This document shows positions 21,811 through 32,396 of a stretch of 64,000 nucleotides of DNA, piece by piece. Each line of letters opens with the position of its first letter. Position 1 is the stretch's first letter. The DNA is from Diplonema japonicum. Lineage: Eukaryota; Protista; Euglenozoa: Diplonemea. The stretch spans positions 1 to 64,000 of the forward strand of contig OZ025744.1 in NCBI GenBank assembly GCA_964019335.1, written 5' to 3'. Under the pieces are notes generated by a model that saw nothing but the letters and a program-made list of their open reading frames with translations, ran no database searches and had not been told where the DNA came from. The position numbers and the translations under genes are program-made.

Positions 21811-22887
21811 TGGAAGGAAGGCAGCGGTGTGTACCCTGGAGACATGCAGGAGGGAACAGTGTTGCACGTGCATCGGAAAGGTGCTGAACTGAAGACCAGA
21901 ACTTTTACAACAAGCGCCAAGGGAAGAAGGCGTTGGGACTGGTGGGAAACCTGAAGCAAAGGTGCGCCGACCAGTTCTTCATCCACCCACGGGGATGGCG
22001 GACGGACGCAGTGACATACATCCCACCGACGGAGGAGGAAGTGGACGAAGAAGATTCCCGAGACGACTCAGAAGACGAAAAAGAAAGAGAGGCGGGAGGA
22101 GAAGGGGAAGTCGCTGGAGCGCATGCTGCCGGCGGAGCAGGACGAACCCGCAACGGCACACTGCGACATATGCGGTCAGATACCCAACATCCTGGAGCAT
22201 GCACTGTGGGAGTGCGAACCTGGCGGAGGAGTACGACAACGGGAGGCACATGCAGGCACGACACGAACAGGCCTAGAACCGTGCATGAGGCTCCACGGCA
22301 TCCTCCCGAGGGAAGCGGCCAAGGAGGACAAGGACAGGCTAGAGACCAATGGCTGGAGATCACGGAGGGGGAGACACACCCAGCACCAACAGAGGAAGAG
22401 TTTGCAAAGCTGCAGACCGGCAACATCTGCTGAAGTGGCTCAAGCAGCTGCGCTGGTATGGAGGGAACAGAAACACGGCAGTGTCGACGGTGGAGCTGGC
22501 GCTGGACTTCGAAAACGTGAAGTCCCTTGGGGGGAAGCTAGGGGAGTTGGCTGATGTGCGACAGAAGGCCAGAGGACACGGTGATGAAGAAGGTGTGGAA
22601 CACTTGGGAGCTAGGGAGGGTGAAAAGAAAGAGGCGAAAGGAAGGAGGGCCTCCCTTCTGAACCACGCAAGAGAGTACATACGCTGCGATCAATCGGAGG
22701 GACGAAGGCGGTGATCGGGTGGAGTAGAAGAGCAATGTTTGCATCAACGAAGACCAAGTACGACCTGGAGGAGCTGGGGAAGCAATGGGCAAGGGAAAGA
22801 AGGGAAAAAGTGGCCAAGCTAGGAAGGAGGCCGGCACGACCACCGAAGGAGAAACCGCTGCTGAAACACATAAAAATCACGTTATAA
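21811..22887 (+). mobile_element. Degenerate 3' fragment of a non-LTR retrotransposon
   Basis: Frameshifted pieces (CDICG…HALWEC, CMRLHGILPR, WLKQLRW…VSTVELALDFE…QKAR) are colinear with the C-terminus of the RT ORF at 23840..26772. This is the only + strand coding-like sequence in the window. Confidence 0.8.
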
Positions 22888-22916
22888 GAAGAAGGGGTAA
22901 ATCATTAAAATCACGT

Positions 22917-23309
22917 TTATAAAAACTGATACTGCTCCTGCAGTTCTTGTATGACCAGCACAACATCGTTCTCTCTGTCAGACTGGGTGGGGTGCTTCAA
23001 GGTGCGGGCAAGGGTTGGGGACAAGCTGCGGATCAGATCGGGTCCTGCGGTCGGGATGAGATTCGTGAGCAGGAAGTACTTCCACATTCCATCGTCCGTC
23101 TCGAGTACACGCTGGACAGCTGCCTGGAGTTTGACCCCAAGCCGGCTCAGCCGACTGCACACCTCAGCCGCGACAGGCCAGTTCATGTCTTGCTGCCATT
23201 CAAGTAACTCATCGATTTTTTCCAGCACCTCCTCATCACCTGCACGCAGGAGGTTCGCACAAGCTACGTCATCATGCTTATTTTCCGGAACTATCTTCAT
23301 TTCACTCAT
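22917..23309 (-). CDS. DUF5071-like protein (bacterial type)
   Basis: IVPENKHD…LLEWQQDMNWPVA…VLETDDGMWKYFLL matches the DUF5071 pattern from memory; intronless, 130 aa. Confidence 0.8.
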   Translation of the reverse strand: MSEMKIVPENKHDDVACANLLRAGDEEVLEKIDELLEWQQDMNWPVAAEVCSRLSRLGVKLQAAVQRVLETDDGMWKYFLLTNLIPTAGPDLIRSLSPTLARTLKHPTQSDRENDVVLVIQELQEQYQFL

Positions 23310-23546
23310 CTCTGTGGAGTTTCAAGGTTTTGACAGAGAATATAAATAAAATGCGAAAATCTATGAACGGAGGCGGGGGGGGCTGGGTAGGAAAAATCAC
23401 AAAAAATATCGACAAAAAAAGGGGGGGGTTAAAAAAGGAAGAAAACAGGGGGAAAGGTAGGGGAGTTCATACACAAGAAAAGAGAATAAAAAGGGGGGGA
23501 GAAAGATGATCAGATTCTTGTTGTAAATTTACCAATAAAAAAAAAA

Positions 23547-26500
23547 TGGCATTACATAAGAAACACGCAGCCATCAAAGGCACATACGCCGATTGGCAGA
23601 AAAGAACGGGCCCGGCCTGCAGTTGCCTTTAGAGGTTATAGAATAGAATGAGCCATCAGGAAGAACACCATGGAAAATTCATCAAAAAACCCTCATCGTT
23701 GAGTAATCGCGGCTCTGCTCCCCGTCGGCCGGATGAACTCCTGGTGACTGCGGTGTATGATACATTGAAACAAGAATGAAAATATAACTCATAGTAAAAG
23801 ACAATCCCACTCGAGGACAGCCTCTTGTGGTGTGAGTTCCTATCTATTAATGCTCCCCTTCTGGAGCATAGCCTTCGTTCCTATTGTCGCCTTTAAAGCT
23901 TTTCGTAGTCTCGACACGCGTTCTTTCTTGTATGTCCCTTTCAACTCCTGTAGCTTTTGCGCTGTCTGTCTTGATGCGAAGATCGGTCTCCTGTTAAAGC
24001 CTATTGCAGCCTTGCCTCCAATCGCTGTGAGCGACTTGACCCTCTTTGCCCCGTCCGCAGGGAAGGGGCGTCTTGTTCTGCACACTGCGTTGGCTCTCTC
24101 CACCAACAGCTTGATTCTGCGTGCCTTCCTCTGCATGTTGTAGACTCCCAGTGACTTACCGGTTGTCTCCTCAAAGTCGAGTGCAAGTTCAGCTGCCGAA
24201 ACCTCCGAGTCGGTGTCGCCCTCCACCCATCGCAGCTTTCCCATCCATTCCAGTAGTGGTTCCCCGAATTGCTCCAGCAGTCCCACCACTGTCCCCAGCT
24301 GTGCTGTCGTCGGTACCGGGGTCACTTTGCCTGTCACTTCCCGCTCCCATGGTAGCTTCTTGTTGCCGCCTTCTGCCTGCATCAGCCCTTCGTCCCGCTT
24401 TTCCACCACCATTGCCAGGTATCGCTGCAGCTTCTCCAGGTGTTCGAACCCGTTCCCCCTTGGTAGGATGGCATGCAGCTCGAGGCAGAGCGGCCATCCC
24501 GTCCTGTCGCGCAGTGGTTCCATCTCCTCCCGTATCAGCTCCTCTCGTGCTGGCGGGCACTCGTACAGCTGGTGGCGTAGCAGTGTTACTGTGTCCGCAT
24601 GCTTGGTCGGGCAGAGGTCACATTCAAATCCCGACTCGTCTTGTCCTTCATGCGCCGCTGGCTCGTCTTGATCTTCCTCTTCTTCGCTCCGTCCCCCGGA
24701 CTCGTCGTCCTCATTCGTGGGGGGTACACACTTTGGTCCTGCTCTGGCATACGGACTTAGGTAGGGGATCCCTCCCGCAATTACCCTCTTGATACAGAAA
24801 GCTAGATGGCGATCTTTAGCTGTCCTCCAGAGGTCATTCGTTTTGGGATCTGCTCCTTCCCCGAGTCCGCTGACCGTCTTCCGTTCCGTTGCTAGTGTCG
24901 CACTCCTGGCTGCCCTTACAGCCGCCCTGAAGGCGCTTCCTCGCTTGGGCCACTCAAGTTCTGTGGCTATTTCCATCTTCTCCCAGTCCCATCCGATTCT
25001 CGGCATCCACCTGCATATCAGATTCCCCACCGGTCCCAAGGGGGTCCTCTGTGAGCCGTACCTCTGCACTATTTGTCGCACTCTCTGTCCAAGACCTGTC
25101 CTTTCCAGCGCGCTCGATATCACTTTTAGCGAGTGACAGATGACGTAGGACAACGGGTCATTGATGTGTCCTTTCAGCAAAACCGTATTCACCGCCGCAG
25201 GCGATCGTCCTCGGAAGTGAGGCCCCCATAGGTTGCAGGTCACTCTCGTTGTTAGCTTCTTCAGCGCCTCATCACTCGGAGGGGAGAACGGGCTGCTGTA
25301 GAGGCACGACGGCAAGACCGATGTTCCAATCAGGTATCCTTTTGTTTCGAAGGACAGGCTTGTCCCTCCCAGCCGGTCTAGCTTGTTGGCCGCTTCCGTC
25401 GCTGGCTCGTTCCACGTCGTTCCTGTCCTGTTCGTGAACACCATCACGCCCAGTGCCTTGAACGACGTCACTGTTCTATAGGGGACTGCGACCTCTCTCC
25501 CTTTCTGTGTTACTGTCCTATCACCCAGCACTTTTGACCGGAAGCCCTTCTTCGTGCCAAACGCTACCGTTTTCTCCGGGTTAAGCTTCATCCCAGTGAG
25601 TCCGCAGAACTCCAAAGTTCCGTTTACCGCAGCCTGCAAGGTCTTCTCCAACTCTGCCAGAAGGTACGTGTCATCTGCATAGGACAGAACCTCCGTTCCA
25701 GGTGCTTCCTTCTCGATTGTCCTGATCATCACCGCCAGTAAGGCGTTTATAATGATCACCGACAGCGGGCACCCCTGGAGTATCCCATTCGTTGCTTTAA
25801 AGGTGGCCCCTATTCCTATGGGGAACTTGAATCTCCTCGAGATTTGCCCGTACATTCCTTGGAGTGCTCGTGCGATTGCTGGGTCTAGTCCCAGGGCCAG
25901 CATCAGTTCGTGCGACAATTGTTGCGGGACCAGGTCGAAGCACTTCCTGAAGTCCAATGCAAGTCCTTCTAGCGGCTCGTCCTCCACCAGTGCCAGTTCT
26001 AGCTTCGTGCATAAGTCAATCAGCGCCGAGGTCGTGCTGTGTTTAGGCCTGAAACCATGTTGTCGTGGTGTGATCCACCTCTCCTGCCATTTCAGTACCT
26101 GCACCAGTCGTGCACTTGCCCACAGCCGGTAAATGGTACTGGTCACTGTGATCGGTCGGTGATCCAGAGGTGCCGTTCCTTCCCCCTTTGGGATGAGGGA
26201 TACGAGTGCCGTCGTGACCTGCATCGGCCATTCGCCCGTCTCCTCTATCAAGTTGAAGAGGTCCGCAAACGCTTGTAGGATCGGAGCCGGCAGGCGCTTC
26301 AACTCACCAATCCGCCAGCCGTCCACGCCGCATGCCCCCTTGTCCGCTTTCTTACTGATCACCTCTTTCAGCAGCTTGGCGTCGATGGGGGCGTGTGCCA
26401 TCGGGTTGCTCTTGATGTGCTCACCGTACCGTCTCTGGAACTCGTCGAACTGCGGCTCGTCTTCTGGTGTTCGTGCGCAGAAGATGTCCGACCACGCCGT

Positions 26501-26772
26501 CCGCATCACTTTGTCCATCTTCTTCAGGTTGGCCGTCACTCCCCCGTCTGCTGCATCCACTGTTTGTGTCCCTTGCTTGGTGCTGTTATTCATCCAGGCC
26601 GTCACGTGCCTTCTCTCCTTCGCGAAGTTTGTGCGGATCGAACGTTCGTAGGCACGCGTTTGTGCTCTTTTCCTGCTCGTTATCAGGTCAGCAAGCTCTC
26701 CCTCGGTGAAGCATTCAGCCACTTCTAGGTCCTCCTGGATCACGTCTACGCTCTCTGCGTCGTCCACACGGC
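23547..26772 (-). mobile_element. 5'-truncated non-LTR retrotransposon: uninterrupted RT ORF, CCHC finger, C-terminal domain, ~290 nt putative 3' UTR
   Basis: GVDG, LIPK, RPITV, QHGFR, LDFRKCFD, GILQGCPLS, YADD and LNPEKT motifs; CDLC…HQLYEC; stop at 23840. No N-terminal endonuclease. Boundaries approximate. Confidence 0.9.
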
Positions 26773-26917
26773 AATATAATATGAAAAAATAAAAAAAAAC
26801 AAAAAAAACAACAATACATTCGGCTCTCCCCCCCCCCCCCCCCAGAAAATTCATGCTCTAATGAAAGAGAAGAGTGAATAAAAAACAAGAAAGCCGCCCC
26901 CCCCCCCCCCCCCCCCG

Positions 26918-28460
26918 TCAACACTCGAAGCCGATGTTGCCCAGTTTGTTCTCCGTACCTGGCAGCCTGTGATGTGAAATCACAAAAAAAAAAAAAAAAA
27001 AAAAAAAACAGAGGGTGTCTACATACCAATATCGAATCCGCTGCTGTTTGTTGTCCTCGATTAGGGTGAGCAACCTCTCGCGTTGTTCTTCCGGTTCCTG
27101 TACAAAAATATTCCCTCCCTCTCAAAAATAATTCTTTATGACTATATGTCTTTGTTGTTCGCACGAGCAAAAAAAGGTTTTTTAAAAAGCTGCGAAAGTT
27201 TTTTGCTCGGCACAAGTTGCATATAGTTATAAAATCATTTTTTGAAAGATAAATATTTGTAACAAAAAAAAATTCACTATGATAGGAACGAAGTGGTTAG
27301 CAACGGCCCGCCGCGGTGGCGTGCCTACCTTATGATGCTCCCCTTTTGGGGTCGTTCCCTGCTACCCACCGTAGTGCCTAGCTGTCGTTTATATCTTCCA
27401 ATCCTTTCTTTCCGGTAATCTTCTCTCAGTCCTTTCAGCTTGGTCGCCCAAAAAAAAAAAAACACACCTCATCCCCAGTAAGCTGCGGGATCTGTTCCTC
27501 CACCTGAATAGGAGTGGGCGACGGCGCGTACACAGGAGCAGGAACAGGTGCCACCGTTCCAAGGTACTGCTGTTCCGTAACCCGTTCGGGGCTGGGCGAC
27601 CCCGGCGGCGGTGGTGGCGACGGCGACCGAACGTCATTCACAGATTGTATAGGGGCGGTCGTGAGCAACCTTGAATCGCCCCTGGCCCACACCCTACGCC
27701 TCGCAGGCGATGCCGACGCCTTGTCTCTCGGTGTGTTCTGCAAAGAAGAGTACGCACTGGCAATGTCTTGATACAACGACGATGAGGCCACCGTCACAGG
27801 AGGACGCTTCCCAACAGTTGGAGACGGAGACCTTCTCACTGGCGGCCATTTTGATGGTTTGTATGACTGGGCTTGTTTTTCCCTGTCGATTCGTTTCGAT
27901 GCGTGGTATCTGTTCATGCTGGCAGAGAGAGACCGTCGAGAGGCCTCCTCACGCTTCTCCATCTCGTGCCGCTTCTTCATGACCGCCTCGTCGACGCCCA
28001 TCTTCGGGTGCTGCACGGTTCGTTTTAAGAGTTCCAACCACCGTTCCCGCTCTTCTCGTATGGAGTGATCTCTTTTCATTTTTCGATCCTCTTCCTTCTT
28101 CTTTCTATCGGTGACATACTTCACGTTTAACGTGTTGTCAAGAGGAGCCATGGCCACGAACGCTGCCCGTGGTGTCTTTGGAGCTGCTGTTGGTGTCACG
28201 CTCCGCTTTGAGACCTTGGATGAAGATCTAATTGAGGCCGATGGTCTCACTGGCGGCGTGGCCTCGCCCTTTAGTGAGGCAAGGTTCTTCAGCAGTTTGT
28301 TCCGAAGCCCTATCTGCGGCACCATTTCCTTCACGTCACCTGTCGACAGGTCCACCAGGTCCTGCTTCTCTGTGATTGCGTTCTCCTGCAGCACCTCGCT
28401 CAGCACGTCCAGCTTCACGTCCCGCAGCCATTCGCCCACGTTAAAGACCGCCCCACTCAT
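26918..28460 (-). CDS. SAM-domain protein, multi-exon
   Basis: VGEWLRDVKL…ENAI…LVDLSTGDVKEM…IGLRNKLL. Short downstream exons near 27330-27440, 27025-27097 and 26918-26966 are bounded by GT/AG; the 3' exon structure is tentative. Confidence 0.7.
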
Positions 28461-28569
28461 TTCATGTAATGCCCTCGCAGCCCTGACCATGCATGGTTGG
28501 AAAGTCGACAGAGGGAGAGTCAAGAACAACAAAAAAAAATAATAATAAAATAAAAATAAAAAAACTCCA

Positions 28570-28606
<37 letters not shown>

Positions 28607-28817
28607 TAAGCTCTTAAAAAAAGAAGAAAAAAAAAGAAAGAAGAAGAAAATGGGCGCATGTAAATGCGGGTAGTTAAGGGGGGAAGGAAAAAGAGGTCAG
28701 AAAATAGTTATTAAGAAAAGGAACGAGGGGGGGGGAGGGGAGAAGAAAGAAAAAAAGAAGGGGGGAAAAAAAAACTGTTTTGACACGCACTAAAGAATAC
28801 TTTTTTTTTTTCCTTTG

Positions 28818-29468
28818 TCACTTTGTCGTCCACACCTTCTTTTGGTGAGAGACGGAGGATGTTCTGCGTGCAAAGCTAGTGGGGGTCCTATGCGGGGTGC
28901 GTTGGGAGACCACCGGAGTGCGATGTGGGCGGACCCGATCTGTTGTGTAAGCGTGGGTAGTGTGAGTAAGTGAGTAGGCGGCTGTACGGGTGAGGTCGCA
29001 CTGCGTGGCTGCTGAGATATGCGAGGGCTTGGGAGGCCGAGCATGAAGGGCGTGCTTGAGGTCTGCGATTTGCTGCTGCGCCAGAGTGCAGTCATCCTCC
29101 AGCTGCTGGATCACACCAAGTGAGTCGATAGAGCTGCTGTCCTCGACATCCTCTGACACAGAACGGAAGCCGTGGTGCCCCATTGGCACCTGGTGCTCCA
29201 TGGGCATCTGCACAACCTGCTTCTTCTCTTTCTTCAACTCCTGCACCTCTGCCACCAGCTGCTGTATCACCGACTTCTTCTTCGCATTCGCCTCTAGCAA
29301 CGCCTCCACCGCCGTCGTGTCCTCTCCTTTGCATCTCATCATCTTCAGCTTCTTGCCCAGCATTCGACACAGGTCGTCCTCGTCCTTCTTCCTGCTCTTC
29401 TTCCCTGATTTTTCATCCTTTCCGTTTATCGCCACCTTTTTCCTGTACACGTCTTGCGTCTCGTGCAT
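28818..29468 (-). CDS. Hypothetical coiled-coil protein
   Basis: 216 aa ORF with heptad-rich segments. Confidence 0.55.
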   Translation of the reverse strand: MHETQDVYRKKVAINGKDEKSGKKSRKKDEDDLCRMLGKKLKMMRCKGEDTTAVEALLEANAKKKSVIQQLVAEVQELKKEKKQVVQMPMEHQVPMGHHGFRSVSEDVEDSSSIDSLGVIQQLEDDCTLAQQQIADLKHALHARPPKPSHISAATQCDLTRTAAYSLTHTTHAYTTDRVRPHRTPVVSQRTPHRTPTSFARRTSSVSHQKKVWTTK

Positions 29469-29638
29469 ATATATATATGCCTCCTTTTTGCATACGTTGA
29501 AATTAATTACGGGAATAAAATAAAAAAAAGCTTTCTTTAAAAAAAAAAAAAAAAGAACAATCGATACTTTAAAAAGGCTTTTTTAAAAAAAGGAGAAGGG
29601 GAAGGGAAGGGAAGGGGGAAGAAAGGGCGACGGAGCCC

Positions 29639-30628
29639 CTACCCCGTGGACAGATCGATGGCGGTATGCGTGTATTTCCTGTACAGATGCTTCCGGATAA
29701 CTTCGGAGGTGACAGCTTGCTTGTCTTCTCCCCGTGCGAGGTGCTGCGCCAGCTCGGGCAACACAGCTTCCTGCTCCAAGACAGAAAGGGCGGATTGGAT
29801 CTCATTAGCAAGGTGATGCACATCAGGAAGAGAGGCTGCGACTGCCTCTGACAGGATCTGTAGGAGGGTCTTGTTGAGGTAGGTGGTATCGAGGTCGTCT
29901 ATAGTACACGGGTGGCCTTTAAACCGCAGGCACGCACTGCACAAACTGACCAAAGCAGGGTTTTCCCCAGCAAGCATAACTTCGGGAGATGGGGGGAAGT
30001 GCTCCCGTACGAGAAGTGCGGCAATGGCAGGGTCGTAACGCAGAACAGGGTAGCTGCCGTCGCCTTTCAGAAGCTCGTAAATGCATAGCCCCAGCCCCCA
30101 CACATCGCCCTTTGTGGTGGGGAGAGTACATCCCTCTGGAGGGAGGTAGTAGGGGCATAGAGCTTCACGGTCTTGCTTGCGATCTCGCCACCCGCTGTGG
30201 TGTTCAAGAATAGGTAGTCCGAAGTCGGATATTACTAGTGTGCCGTTGGTGGACGGGATTATGTTTGAAGCTTTGAGGTGGCCGTGGCATGTCCCGGCCT
30301 TATGGAGTGTTCTTATGTGGTCCACTAGCAGTCTGATGATGTCGGCGGGGTCGGCTTCTTCGTGTGGTACCTCGCGGTATGTTAGCCACAGGATGTCCCC
30401 TTCTAGGGTTATTTCAGTTGGTGTCAGTAAGAAGTCGAGTTCTTCTACCTTGTCCATCTCTTCTTTGAATTTCTGGACGGCTGCCTCCGTCACGCCTTCG
30501 ATCCTGCGCACCACGTTGTGGCTGTTCTCAGTGTTGGCTATTTTCTTTATGCACCCATACACACTGGCTCGCTTCTTATTGGGCTTCGCTAAATTTTCCC
30601 CTTCGTCGTACCCATGTGTGTCATCCAT
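29639..30628 (-). CDS. Protein kinase-like, probable pseudokinase
   Basis: CHGHLKASN (no catalytic Asp), DFG, YYLPPE, DVWGLG. Confidence 0.75.
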   Translation of the reverse strand: MDDTHGYDEGENLAKPNKKRASVYGCIKKIANTENSHNVVRRIEGVTEAAVQKFKEEMDKVEELDFLLTPTEITLEGDILWLTYREVPHEEADPADIIRLLVDHIRTLHKAGTCHGHLKASNIIPSTNGTLVISDFGLPILEHHSGWRDRKQDREALCPYYLPPEGCTLPTTKGDVWGLGLCIYELLKGDGSYPVLRYDPAIAALLVREHFPPSPEVMLAGENPALVSLCSACLRFKGHPCTIDDLDTTYLNKTLLQILSEAVAASLPDVHHLANEIQSALSVLEQEAVLPELAQHLARGEDKQAVTSEVIRKHLYRKYTHTAIDLSTG

Positions 30629-31121
30629 CCTAGCGAGAGGGGTTGAAATGTCAGTGAAGAGATTTTTAAAAAGATTTTTTTTTTGTTAGTATACCGATAA
30701 TATTGAGACCAAAGCAGGAGTAAAAAATAAAAATAAAAAAGAAAACCACAATCGGAATTAGCTTCTTTTTTTTTTAAAAAAAAATACAAAAAGCCATACA
30801 CAACGAGAAAAAAGAAGAAAAAAAAAAAAAAACAAACGGAGGAAAGCAAGGAAGAACGAAAGAAAAAGAAGAATAAAAGAAAAAAAGTTGGAGTTTCCAT
30901 GGTTGGTGTGTCTTGGTTCTAAGTCATCAACACACAAACTATAACTGGAAGAGAGAGAGAAAAAAAAGAAGAAAAAAAGGAGCCTACTATCGGACCCCTT
31001 ATGTACTGTGGAAAGATCTTATCACCTCGCGGCTCGCCTTTTTTTTTCTCTTTAAAGAAAACCGGATTTGGGATTATTATGTACCGTGTCTAATCTTCTG
31101 TTTTCTGGTCCCCCCCCCACC

Positions 31122-31178
31122 CTAGTTCACAGCCCCTTCTACTTCTTCTTGGGCGTTTTTTTCCTTGTCGGTCTATTT

Positions 31179-31223
<45 letters not shown>

Positions 31224-31725
31224 AGTTTCTTCCAACAAAAAAAAAGGGGGGTAGCTTTTGTATACCTTACACATTGTTATTATATTAAGCGCTCCCGCAG
31301 CGCATAGCAGGATACCAAAAAGAATTTGCCAGCCGCTGTTGAAGAGGAGGCATCCAACACTTGTTTTTTTTATTTTTAAAATAGAAGTTAGGTGGTGGTG
31401 GGAACATACAAAATATAAAGGCACGCCCTTCCCGACGCGGTGTTGAGGAGATGCACATATTTATCTATTTTGTCGCCTTTTGTCCAGCCTGTGAGGGTGG
31501 TGAAGAATGATGAGAACTACCACGTTCCATTCAAAGCATACCAAGCTCTGCCATCACTCCAGCCAAGCACAAGATAGGCAGATACACGTACAGCACCGTC
31601 CACTGCACCTTTGGATCTGGTATACTGCTGGTCGCGAGGCTCACAATACAATAAGCGGCACACCCGAGAGCAGCTGCTATGCTGTACATCTTCACTACTT
31701 TTTTCATATTCTCTAATTTAGTCAT
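31122..31725 (-). CDS. Small Golgi membrane protein, TVP15/COPI-associated-like, 4 exons
   Basis: Spliced product has hydrophobic helices and …MAEL…HLLNTASGRACLYIFVGCL…, resembling the FL…GRG.FYIF.G motif. Confidence 0.6.
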
Positions 31726-32012
31726 TTTTTTTTTCTTTTTTTTTTCTTTCTTCCTCCTTCCCCCCCCACTCGTTCTGTTGTGTGGAAATGAAAAGGAATT
31801 TTTCGGTAATGTCGGTCGATTCAAAGTCACGAGTGAGTGCCAACCACTACACCAAAGGAGATACAGAGACATATGTGCGAGATACAGAAGAAGAATTCAT
31901 GGGAAAAAGAGGGACAAAGTGAGCAACCCTCTTCATCGACAAAGCCGCCGGAATAGCGTGAGTGGAAAACATGCGTGTTGGGGGGGGGGGGCGAAAAAAT
32001 GTGTTCCCAACC

Positions 32013-32282
32013 CTATTTCCCAATAGCTGTTCTCATGTCACATATTTTCAACCCAGGTAAATTACCCCTTCCCGTGGCAGCTGCAGGGGCAGGAACGGGT
32101 GCACCATGTGCAGGCACGGCTTTCTTTTGAAAGATCCTTCCCACCTTCGCATCATTCCCCACACCCATCTTCACACCTTGCAGCGGGTCCCCTGAAAAAT
32201 CTCCGACCATCTGGTTTCTAGTCCACATGGTGTCGATGCCCGGCACCGGAGCCACAGGAGGGCCTTGCTGGTGGTGCGCCAT
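32013..32282 (-). CDS. Small hypothetical protein
   Basis: 89 aa ATG ORF with coding-like composition, same strand as neighbours. Confidence 0.5.
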   Translation of the reverse strand: MAHHQQGPPVAPVPGIDTMWTRNQMVGDFSGDPLQGVKMGVGNDAKVGRIFQKKAVPAHGAPVPAPAAATGRGNLPGLKICDMRTAIGK

Positions 32283-32396
32283 GTTATTGTTGTGTAAACT
32301 GGATTAGCGGTGCGGAGAACGAAAGCTTCGTAGATTTGAATGAAAACGTAGGAGCTAAACTAAACTATTCTCTTCTTCCCGTTGTTGATGACGTGT

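Noticed and set aside
22873-22917. 11-bp direct repeat AAAATCACGTT as a retrotransposon TSD
   Set aside because: The two copies are only 23 bp apart and do not flank the element.
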